From: Emiliania huxleyi CCMP1516
Lineage: Eukaryota
Direction: 5' to 3'
NCBI RefSeq assembly: GCF_000372725.1
Contig: NW_005201277.1
Location: forward strand, 196,347 to 220,280
Length of the DNA: 23,934 bases
Positions 1 through 10,200 of this stretch are shown in pieces (within the stretch, counting starts at the first letter, position 1; each line of letters starts with the position of its first letter). A program made the position numbers and the translations under genes. The notes below the pieces were generated by a model, which saw nothing but the letters and a program-made list of their open reading frames with translations, made no database searches and was not told where the DNA came from.

Positions 1-612
1 GGCCCGGGAAGCCGCTGTCGCGTCTTTTGCTACTGGAACAGGATCGGACTCGCCGGCCGGTCGGCGCTCCTTGGGGCGCTCGAGGCCCAGCACGGGCCGG
101 CGTTTGACCACTTGCTTGCAGGGACGCAGCACACTTGGCTGCTTGGGTCGGCGGCGTTCGTGCGCGCGATGGCGAGGGGGTTGCGCAGCGCTAGCGAGAG
201 CGGTACCTTTCTGCCCACGTGAGGCACAATCGTCTGTCAGTGTGTTTAAAGAAAGAAAGAAAGAAAAGCGGGGCCTAAGCGAGCACTTGGAGCACTTGGA
301 GTGCAGTTGGTAGCCTCACACATCCAACAGGGCCAGGGAGCTAAGGTGCTAAGCGGAAGCGCACCCAGCGGGCCGGATGATCGGGATCGGGTGTTGCGGG
401 CAAGAGAGCCCTAGCCCTGGGGGTGCGCGTTCGCAGGGAAAGGGCCGTAAAGTAAACACGGGTCCCCGAGGGTTAGCTCTGCGCTCCGGGTTTCCCCTAG
501 CAGCGGAACGCCCCCTCTACTAGAGCTGTTTAACATTAACTTTGGGCCTAACAGTTGCGCTAGTGTTGGCTGAAAAATCCTTAACGTTGTTCAAGTGTTC
601 ACCCCAGCCCAT

Positions 613-653
613 GCTGTTACTGTTTGTTACTGTTGTTACTGTTGTTACTGTTG
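613..653. repeat. (TTACTGTTG)n-like short tandem repeat
   Basis: gctgttactgtttgttactgttgttactgttgttactgttgtt is visible directly. Similar units recur at about 790-863. Confidence 0.85.
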
Positions 654-688
654 TTCAGCGGTCAGCAAGCAGAAAATGCCAAAAAACC

Positions 689-742
689 CGGGTAAAACCC
701 GAAAATACCTGGCTTTTCCCGGGTATTTTCGGGTATTACCCG
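689..742. repeat. Imperfect 22-bp inverted repeat (hairpin)
   Basis: cgggtaaaacccgaaaatacct (689-710) matches the reverse complement of gggtattttcgggtattacccg (721-742) with 2 mismatches and a 10-nt spacer. Confidence 0.85.
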
Positions 743-1838
743 CACTGGACGCTGGATGGAGATCGTCGTGGGTCACTGCCAGGCCTTCCTTATTGTTGTT
801 CAGCCGGCCTAACGTTAGCTACTGTTGTTGGGGAGCCCCACTGTTGTTCTGTTGTTACTGTTAAAGGCCAAGGTAGGCCGCCTATTGAAATCGAACAGAG
901 CGCTAGCGCTCTCTTCGCGCAAGCTCGCACGGCCTCTCACGCTCCGCTGCTGCCCTCTTGGCGGCTCTCCGCCCGCCAGCTCGACCAACTCGACCGCCGA
1001 GAGGCTGGGATTGGCCGGCGGCGCGACGCGTGGCCTCTGCTGCGGCCATCTCGGACGCTCAAGCGGCGCCAGCCAGCGGCTCGGCCGCGCATCCTTCACA
1101 CACGCCGCCACGACCAAGATGAGCGGGCCCGGTGTCGAGTCATGGTGCGAGATGCATGTCAGGGGCGGCCGTGGCGACAGCAGGTCCACCAGACGGGCGT
1201 CAAAGCTTGCCGTCGGCGTGCTGTCGTGGCGAGAGCCGAGACCGCTGCAGAGGAGCCGAGTGCAGTGGCGAGCCAGAGGCTACCAGGGTCACCAGGTGGT
1301 AGCCCTTGCCCATTCTGAGCAGGGATGTGCTTTGATGGGGTTGTGCTTGAGCGTGTGTGAAGTGGGAGTGCGTGCCGGCGGTGTCTGTGGCTGAAACGGG
1401 CGTGTGTGAGGCTGCAGAGCCGTGGTATGAGCCAGAGTGAGCTTCATCACCCAAGATAAGTGCGGTTTGGGACGGCTCAGACTTGCTGCTGATGGGCCTG
1501 GGCCAGATACCGACAAAGCGGCTTCCCGGTGAGGCGGAGCAGTCGCGCAGGGCGAGACGAGGGAGGGAGCAGGACGTTGCGGAGATCAGCAGGAGGATGT
1601 ACGAAGAGATTAGGAGCAGCAGGGACCCGAGGGACCATGTGGAAGACGGCTAGTGCTAGTCCCCCATCGGGAGGACGACCCCGGCTAGCCGCCGACCACA
1701 CCCACAAAGAACCCTGCACAAAGACCGCAGGGCGGGGACCTGTTCCTTTTTACCCATCTCCTAGTAGAGGTGTCCGTTTTATTTATTTATTTACTAGCAA
1801 CACTAGCATCTCGAGGACGTGCGTCGCCGACGCGGGAA

Positions 1839-3126
1839 ATGGTGCCGAGACCGACCCAGCGCGTCGGCGGGCTCAGAGTCCTCGCCTACGAGAACCGCGA
1901 GAACGCCAGCTTCCACCGCATGGTGAGCGAGACGGCCGCGGCCACCGGCCTGCCCGTCACGATCGGCGCGATCGCGCCCGCCTCGCGACGCAACCTCATG
2001 TCCGGCGACAGGGAGCGCTGGCTGCGCGGCGTGCTCCCGACCGTGCGCGAGCGGCTGGTCCTCAACGTTGACGCGACCGACGCGCTGCTGCTGTGCACCG
2101 CCGAAGAGCTGAGCAGGAAGTACGACGCGCTCGCCGGCTCTTCGTCCGACCTGGTGGTCGGCGGCGAGGTGCGCGCGTGGCCGCGCTACTTCAGGTACGA
2201 GGGTGTCAGCATATACCGCAACATGCGGTCGGCCAACGCGACCGCCTACCCCGCTCGGCCCGACGGCATGAACGGCGTCCTGCCGCGCTACGTCAACATC
2301 GGGACGATCCTCGGGCCGGCGAGAAGCTACGCCAAGATGCTCGAGTGCATGCACGAGGCGCGCGCGCTGCGCGCCTGATTCCGCGCGGCCATGCTGCACA
2401 CCGCGTCGGCACGTCCGGACAGGCGTACGGCGGATACCCGGACAACGGCGCCGCCTGCCCCGCAGACCGGCGGGCTGACGGAGAGTACCTCTCGCCGCGC
2501 CAGTTTCGCCCCCCGGCGCGCCATCTAGTGTGGCGACTTGCCCGCGCGCGCCCCGTGCCGCCGCGGCTGCCGCGCGCGCGCAGGAGCGCGCACCCGACCT
2601 TCCATTCCGGCAGGTGCGCGTCCCGGACGTGCACGAGCGCAACGCGACGCGGCTGGTGGCGGCGGACTCCTCGCTGGTCAACGAGCAGTCCTGCTACCAC
2701 ATGTACTTTATCGACGGCTCGCTCGGACGGCTGGCCGACGGCTGCCCGCGCCTGCGCATGGACTACAACGGGTCGGTCGTGGTGCACCTGCAAAAGGTGT
2801 CCGACCGGCTGCTGCTGCGCGCCCCACGGCCGGTGTGGGAGCCGACGGGAGAGGCGCCGTGCATCGTCCACGCGCCGGGCTCGAGCAAGTACGTGCTGCC
2901 CAGCCTGCAGCTCTGGTGGGACGTGGCGTGGCGCGGCCGGCTCGGCGAACAGTTTAGCGAGGCGGCGCTGCACGACCGCTTCCGCGCGCACGTCGCCGCC
3001 TCGACGCGCCCGGATGGACGACATGCATTCGACCACGCGCTGGCGGGAGCATACTTCCACCGCCACATGCTGCCCCACCTCATGGGACTGCAGAAGACCG
3101 CTAGCGCTAGCGACACTGGCGTGTAG
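1839..3126 (+). CDS. PLOD/procollagen galactosyltransferase-like GT-A glycosyltransferase, spliced (internal exon boundaries at 2358-2613 approximate)
   Basis: Motifs appear in the order of the PLOD GT domain: VLNVDATD (~FTDxYD), VGGEVRAWP (~SAExxCWP), RYVNIGTILG (~YLNSGxFIG), NEQSCY (~DDQxFY), LRMDYNG (~LDxxxxIF), IVHAPGSSK (~HGNGxxK). They are split across ORFs 1770..2378 and 2530..3126. A GC-AG intron at 2358-2422 is likely, plus a second intron ending at 2583 or 2613. Confidence 0.75.
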
Positions 3127-3415
3127 CTCAGGTCTCAGGTGTAAAGCTGTAACGTACAGGGCCGTACAGTCTCAGTCGCTCCGTGCAGCGCCAGCGGGCC
3201 CCCCGATGGTCCGTTGCTGTTCAGTTGAAATTTAAAATAAAGAAAGTCGCACACGACCAGGCTGGTCGGCTACTCGATAGACATCATGCTCGCGGCCATG
3301 CTGCTCTCGTCGCCCGCTAAGCCCCCGGGCCGCAGCCCGCCCGTCTTCCCACCTTTGGCTAGTTCCATTTCACTGTGGCACAGCTCGCGTTACAAAACCT
3401 TGATTTTGACCATTT

Positions 3416-3565
3416 GCGCAAAAAGGTACATCTCGGTGCCTTCCAGAGGCAGCTGCGACCCCGCGGAGTAGACGGCGGCTCACAGCAGGTGGCGCGGTGT
3501 GCCGCCGTCCACTCGGCTGGGTCGCAGCTGCCTCTGCGCGTCCTGGGTATGTACCTTTGTCGCGC
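3416..3565. repeat. Long imperfect inverted repeat (arms about 65 bp), possible non-autonomous DNA transposon interior
   Basis: aaaggtacat...cagaggcagctgcgaccc...gagtagacggcggc is mirrored by gccgccgtccactc...gggtcgcagctgcctctg...atgtaccttt. Confidence 0.8.
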
Positions 3566-4536
3566 GCCGGAGACGACTCGACCCTGGGGTGTCGACGGGC
3601 CCCCGGGGGCGACGGGGGTGCTCTTGGGGGGGGTCCCCCCAGTCAAGGGGGTCTGGGGCGCAGCCCCAGGTAGCCCGCCGCAGGCGCCGATTTTTGGGAG
3701 CTTTTTTGACTGATTTTCATGAGGCGTTGCTACTATTTTGGGACCAGTTGAAGCCTAAAAATGGCTACAAATACAGTCACAGCAGCTGCTCGTCATGAGC
3801 TGCTACTGTGTGGCAGAGCCCAGAGAGAGGGCTTTCAGGAGCACTATTCAGTTTGATCCAGCTCAACGTTGCGGAGTAGTAAGACTGTTCCGTTGCCGTG
3901 AGCGGCCGGCGGCCGGCGGCGGCCGGTGCGGCACTCGGAGCACTCCGTGAGCGGTGACGGGTGCGGACGAGCGAATGAGAGGTCCCTTTCAGTGAGAGAT
4001 AGGCAGTCCTAGTCCCTAACAACACATCTTCCACAGATAGCGACCTCTCATTCGCTCGTCCGCGCCCGTCACTGCTAGTCGGGGCACTCCCGGCGTACGG
4101 CCCGGTCCCGGTCGTCACTCCGGTTGCTCGTGTTCACACCGTCAGAACTCAGCTCCGCTAAGGATCCAGCGTCTGAGACTTGGGCATCTTACACAACTTT
4201 TGTAGTAGAGCACAATGGCACCCTTGCATCAAGTGCATCACTTCATTACTAGACCGTACTAGAGGTCCCCGAACGGCACGATGCGAAAAGGCAGGGCGAG
4301 GCGGATGGAGAAAGGAGTGCCGAGAAGGCCATGGTGGAGGGGAGGGACGGGAGGACGAAAGAAGGGCGAGGAGGACGAGCGGCCCGCACAGACCGCGAGC
4401 AGACAGCGCCTGCTGGCCATTTCGAGACATTCGCCAAGAACGCTAGCTACATGGGAGGGCTTCGTGAAGGATGGATTGAAAAACATTCGAACAAAGAAGA
4501 GGCGACGGGAGGAACCGGCGGAGGATGCAGTGACGT

Positions 4537-4656
<120 letters not shown>

Positions 4657-4772
4657 CGCTCACCCACGCGCACTGGGCCTTGCACTTTGAATGCCGTGGG
4701 GCTCCTGTCGTCAGACGTGGAGACGCGAGGGTTGCCCCCCCTTGCCCCACCACCTCGTGTGTGTGGAGAAGT

Positions 4773-4795
4773 TTACCTTACCTTACCTTACCTTA
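4773..4795. repeat. (TTACC)n short tandem repeat
   Basis: ttaccttaccttaccttaccttag. Confidence 0.9.
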
Positions 4796-5641
4796 GAGCT
4801 GCCTGCCCCCCGAAACTGGCATGAGGAACCTTAATTAAATTCCGCACACATCCTGAGTCAAGGTGTGCTCTTTTCCTATTAAAACGAGGTAGGTAGAAAA
4901 GAAGAAAAAATCCAGGATTTCGGGAAAAATCCGGGATTTCCAGAGAACCAGAGAACCTGTACCCCCGACGGCGTTGCCTGACTGACATCACACCAGGCAA
5001 GCCATGGCACTTTCCTCGTCCGCTCACGCTCGCCGCGCCGCATTGCGCCCAACTATGCCGCCGCGAGCTGCACGTCTAGACCCCCGCGACGCCTATTACT
5101 CACGGAACCCGCCGCCCCCTCACCACCCCCACCACGCGATGCGCCGTCGCTCGTCGCAGCTGTACCCCCCTCCCGGCCTCGCACCGCCTGCCTACTCCCG
5201 CTCGCAGGTGCAGCCGCTGCCATCGAGGAAGCCGCGAGACGCGTCCGCTGCTGCCCATTCCCCACCCTTGTCTCGCGCGACCGCCCTCCCTCTCTTCTGG
5301 CAAGAGAGCGACCCGCTCTCGCTTGCTCGCCAATCGCCGCCCGGCTCCAGTCCGAGCGCCGAGGACGCGAGAGAGCGTGCCGGCGGCCTCGTCCCGACGC
5401 TCACGCCGCGACGTGATGCCCGTAGGCGCGGCTCTCCTCTCTCCGGCCCGCTCTCTCTTCCCATTCAGCATGCACGAACACCATGTTTGTGCAGCCGCGG
5501 CTTTGATTTCTTTTTATCCGTGTCGGCGAGGCTCGACATGGGGCGGGTAGGCGGGGGGGAGGCTGCGGGGCTGGGTGGGTGGGTGGCGGGCGGGCTCGAG
5601 ATCGCGATCGTTTCGAGGGGAGATTTGAGATTTTATCATAG

Positions 5642-5703
5642 CCATATACCCCCATATACCCCCATATACCCCCATATACCCATATCTACCCCATATACCC
5701 CCC
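5642..5703. repeat. (CCCCATATAC)n minisatellite
   Basis: About six imperfect 10-nt units. Confidence 0.9.
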
Positions 5704-5967
5704 AGACATCTTAATACCAGTTTTTTACCCTCTTTCACATGGTCGCGATCCCGTAGGCGCTTGCCTTTCCTGCTACGAGCCGAGATTGACCTGAGATTGA
5801 CCCTGCCGAGTCAAGTTCCCGCCCTGCTCGCATCTCTGCTGCCTCTAGAGAGTGCCACTCTGTGTCCGTAGCCGCGACGGCCACTCGAGAGCGCTGGCCT
5901 GCACCTCCCATCGGGGACACCACCCTCAACCGCTTCTTGACTCTCTGCAGGAATTCATTCGATCAAC

Positions 5968-8900
5968 ATGCTCAAAGTCGAGCTCGTGCCGGCCGCCGGT
6001 GACAAGCTCGTGCTCAAGCTCTCTCCTCCGCCGCCGCTTGCTGACAAGCAGGTGTGCGTTAATTTGCAGTGGCTCAGGGAGGGGGTATGCACGCGCACCG
6101 CTGCAACGCACGCTTCGCCTTCCCTGCAAGACTAGCCTCTCGCGTTCTGTGGCTGACAGGCGTCTCTGGCGGACAACACGACCGTCATCGACTCCGGCGA
6201 AGGCAACGCCATCGGCATCCCCTCCGAGCCCGTCTCGCTCAAGGATGTCATCGACACCGGCACCGGCGGCACCGGCACCGCCAGCACCGGCACCGGCAAC
6301 GTCCCGCCCGAGGGCGAGCCCGGCCCGCTCAAGGACGGCATTGACGCGGGCGGCGGCAACGTCGAGGGCGAGCTTTCGCCGATGACGTCCTCCGCGAAGG
6401 TCGGAATCGTGCCGGCTGACGACGGCCGCATCACGCTCGTCATCTCCGCGTCGGTGTCGCCTTCGCTCCTCGGAGCCAAGGTGCGCGTGCGCACGCCAGG
6501 ATCGTGATCATCCCTCTCCCGTCTCCGAGAGCCTGCGCGTACTCTCCCTCGCCCACAGGCGTGCGGCGTCAAGAACGTCAACATCTCCGTGGCAAAGTCT
6601 GGCCCGGAGGGCGTCCTCGAGAAGGACCCGGCCGCGGAAAAGGCGCCCGACGCGGGCGCGGTCGACTCGGACAAGGCCAGGGCCATGTTCGCCGCCCACG
6701 CGCCGAGCTCGCCCGCCGTTTTCTGGTCCAAGTTTACGCGCCCAACCGGCCCACCGACGGCCCCCACCGGCGCCGTCGAGGGCGCCCTCAAGAAGGGCAT
6801 CCCTGCGGCAGAGTCTGGCGCTGAGGCCTCCGTTGACGAGACCGGCGCCATCAAGAACGACCCGGTGCCGGCCACCAAGGTCGCCACGGCCCTCAAGCCG
6901 GCGGCGGCCGGCGGCGCGCCGCTGCCGTCGATGAAGGAGTTTCCGGAGGAGGAGCCCGCCCCGGCGGCGAGCGCCTGGCATTCTGCGCGCCGGCGTCTGC
7001 CGACCCACTCTGTGACCCCATCCCGCGCGTTCGACGCGTAGGGCGACGCCGACTGGAACGTCTTGACCAAGGAGTTTCCAGAGGAGACGGCCGCCCCGGC
7101 GGTGAGCAACTCCCAGCACCTTTCTGTGCACACGCGGGTATTGCGGGGACACGCGACTCCACAGGCGTGTGCTTATTTGCATTGACCCTGTGACCTCTCG
7201 TCTGCCGCACGTCACGCGCGCGCAGGGCATCGACGAGTGGAAGATCCCCTCCCCGCTCCGCAAGCGCAAGGGCGAGTCCAACCTGATCGACCGCTCCAAG
7301 AACCCCACCCCGATCGGCCGCGTCGACCCCAACGGGTTCGCGGCTCTGCTCGGAACGGACCTCGACGAGGAAGACCTCGCTGACGTCGGCTCCGGCAAGG
7401 CGTCTGTCGACAAGGAAGACCTCGCTGGCGTCGGCTCCGGCAAGGCGTCTGTCGGCGACGCCCCGCCGTCGTCGGCGACGCCCTCGGCGCGTACTGCTGC
7501 CTTGCCCATTCAGCGCGCCCTGCTCGTGATTTACCCCCGTCCGCACTGTTCACAGGGCGCCGTGGAGGAGACCGAGCCGACCTCAACGCGCTCCGGCTTC
7601 CGCTTCGGCAAGTTCTGCTCGAACAAGCTGCTGTGCGTCTTCTTCTCCGTGGTGATCGGTCTGGGCTGCTCGGCCTTTGCTCTGTCTTCCTACGGCTCTG
7701 CCGGCGTCTCCGAGCTCCTCGACGCGGTGTCTGTGCCCGACGCGGCCGCGATCCCGGTGAGCAATAGAACTGGAGCGCAAGCTCCCAGCACGCCCTGACT
7801 CTCCGTCGCGGTGAGCAATAAAACTGGAGCGCAATGGCTCCCAGCACGCCCTGAATCTCCGTCACGTGCGCTCGTGTATCTCGCAGGTTCTCAACCTCTC
7901 CAACACCACGCCAAAGGACGAGTCCAGCCCGACAGTGCGCGGAACGGCGTTTGCACCGTCTGCGGCGCGCCCGACTATAGTTGACAAAATAGGCTCACAC
8001 ATATTGTTTTCTTAACGTACGCAGGTCGTCGACTTCTCGAAGACAACGCCGGAGATTGAATTCAAACCTACGCTCGCGACAAAGCGCGGGCCGCTGTTTG
8101 CTCCTTTCAACCCCGACACACCGGCTCTACCTGCAGGGCCGTGCGACCAGGGATTTGTCCCAACCTGTGAGCAAGCGGTGGGATTCGGCATGTGCGATCG
8201 CACTGATGTGCTTGCAACCTGCCTGGATAGCTGCTCTTACGCTGGTGACACCTCCGGCCATGCGCTGCACAACGAGGATAAAGCAAATCAACCGACCGAC
8301 TACGGCACGCCGCTTCCCTCAAGCGCGGCGGATGCCATCTGCGAGGCGTGCGTTGCAGATCCGGACCTGCCTTGCTGCCACAATCACCCTCACACACCAA
8401 ACCACCGCAATTTGAAGTCTTGCAGTCTTTGGAAAAAAGTAGGGAGGAGTTCTATTGCCTGCGGCATGCAGTTGCTCTTGTGCGTTGCGTTCCCGCACCT
8501 GCCTCAAAGTGGGGCACGTTGCTGCACCCGCGGCTCCGGGAAAGCGGAACTTGTGGTGAAGCGCAGGGATGAGGAACGGCCAGAGGCGTTTGTGTACTTC
8601 GCGAGGGTCGACGGTGATATGCTCGACACTGGCGTGCAGCAGCTTGCAGACGATGTGGCGTGCAAGTCGGGAAAGTGGGGGTGGCACACATCGTTGAAGA
8701 CGCACGATCCCCGCGGGCCGCCCCAAGTCATGGGGATGGGGGCGTTCTTCAACGCCGGAGATTGGGAGCAGATGTGCGAGGCATGCAAGAACGATTTGGT
8801 GGATCGAGGGCTCGTGTGCAAAAATACTGTGCGTTGCGAAATAGCGCACGGGGGGTTGTTTGGCCTGGACAAATGGATGGTAGTGCAAGGTACACACACA

Positions 8901-9113
8901 AAGCCCGGAACGGAGGCGTGCGAGCACGGGCAGCAAGTGTCATGGCGTGATCAAGGGAAGCCGATCACTAAATGCATAGACGCAACGAAGGACAAGACTT
9001 ACAGAAATGTTGAAATCGCCTGCCGTGGGAGCACAAAAGTCTCCGAAACGACTTGCAAATCGCAGCAGCCGTGGGGCCCTGTACACGAGATGTGCCATCA
9101 TATAACCTACTAG
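5968..9113 (+). CDS. Multi-exon hypothetical type II membrane protein: low-complexity acidic N-terminus, one TM helix, ShK-like and Cys-rich C-terminal region
   Basis: Exons 5968-6051, 6160-6480, 6559-6966, 7042-7101, 7226-7756 (possible in-frame GC-AG intron 7445-7555), 7887-7934 and 8025-9113 join in frame through phase-0 GT/GC-AG introns. The TM segment LLCVFFSVVIGLGCSAFAL lies at about 7628-7684. PCDQGFVPTCEQAVGFGMCDRTDVLATCLDSCS is ShK-like. An acceptor at 5950 suggests a further upstream exon, and the frame reopens after the TAG at 9113 (to 9434), so both ends are uncertain. Confidence 0.65.
7757..7866 (+). repeat. About 54-bp tandem duplication of an intron 5' end
   Basis: gtgagcaatagaactggagcgcaa-gctcccagcacgccctga.. 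is repeated at 7757 and 7811. Confidence 0.9.
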
Positions 9114-10046
9114 GCGTCGCCTCTCTTCTCTCTTGCAAAGACCGCGGACCCTGGATTGTGGAAAATTGGCGATGTCACAAGCGACAAGGGCTGGGCGTGC
9201 TCCTCACTCCCAGTGTTGCGTTCCTTTGGCATGGGCGCTTCATGTAACAAGCTGAGGCTTGCTCCGCCTCCGAGGAGCCTACAGACCGTACTTACAGGAC
9301 TGGATAATGCGAGACCGTGCAACTCTACTTTGCGCTATGGCCTGTCTTGCTTCCCCGAGATGTCGGATCCTTCAGGCCAATGCACAAGGGGGTCTGTCAG
9401 TGGAGACCTTCACAGCTATGCCTTGCTCCTTTAGGTGCTCTTAGTATGTTCTGACTCATCCGTCCGAGACTGCCCGAGTACACTGCCTTGTTATTCTTTT
9501 GTGCTCGGCGTGTTGTCTGGTGCGAGTTGTACCCCTCTCTCTGTACCCCCATCCAGAGAGAGCTGTGCTATATGTTGCCTTTTTGTCTTCTCTCTGGCGC
9601 TCCCGCTCCTCGGTCTCAGCCCTACCTGGCCGTTCTGTATTAGAGTATAGGATGGCATCCTTCCGAATAGAATGGCGTCTCGCGCGCGCTCACCCGGCCG
9701 CCTCGCAGCCCCAGGGGCCGGGGGGCGCTTGCCGGGGTTGGGGTTGGTCACACACAGGCGCCAGTTTAACGTGGCGAGCCAGAGGAGTCACACAGGAGAG
9801 CCCCCATTTTCAGCAGTAGATGGGCCGCCGTGAGGGCCCATCTGTTCACGATCTAGGAGATTGAGGAGATAAATTGGCCCAACCGTGTATTCGTAAACAA
9901 CATCCTCCTCGTTGCTGAAGCCACAATCCTCTGCAGTCTCGGCGGCGCGATTCCGCATCTCTGTTGGGGTTGCCCCTCATGCCACGTGAAAATGCCCGAA
10001 GATTGCCTGATGCCCCAATCCAACGGTTTTCCCCACAATATTACGG

Positions 10047-10200
10047 CAAAGTCCATGGCCCTCAAGCCGGCGGCGGTTTGCGGCGAGACGCTGCCGTCGA
10101 TCAAGGAATTTCCGGAGCCCGCCCCGGCGGCGAGCGCCTTGCTTCTGCGCCGTGCGCCCGCCGACCCACTCCTTTACCCCACCCCGCTTTCCATTGCGTA
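10047..10200 (+). pseudogene. Diverged duplicate of the exon 3 end and following intron (6876-7040) of the upstream membrane-protein gene
   Basis: ggccctcaagccggcggcgg...gctgccgtcgat.aagga.tttccggag...cccgccccggcggcgagcgcct...gccgacccactc is shared. The peptides are ALKPAAVCGETLPSIKEFPEPAPA vs ALKPAAAGGAPLPSMKEFPEEEPAPA. Confidence 0.85.

Noticed and set aside
542..1394. ORFs 542..1318 and 825..1394
   Set aside because: They start at non-ATG codons, derive from simple repeats and have no recognisable domain.
4700..4720. CTGACGA on the minus strand, a possible hammerhead core
   Set aside because: No stem II or GAAA follows.
5004..5714. 236-aa ORF
   Set aside because: Low-complexity and runs through a minisatellite. 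Part of it may be an upstream exon of the 5968 gene, but this cannot be supported.
9818..9855. 9-bp perfect hairpin followed by CTAG, like a Helitron 3' end
   Set aside because: CTAG is followed by G rather than T, and no matching 5' TC end could be identified.
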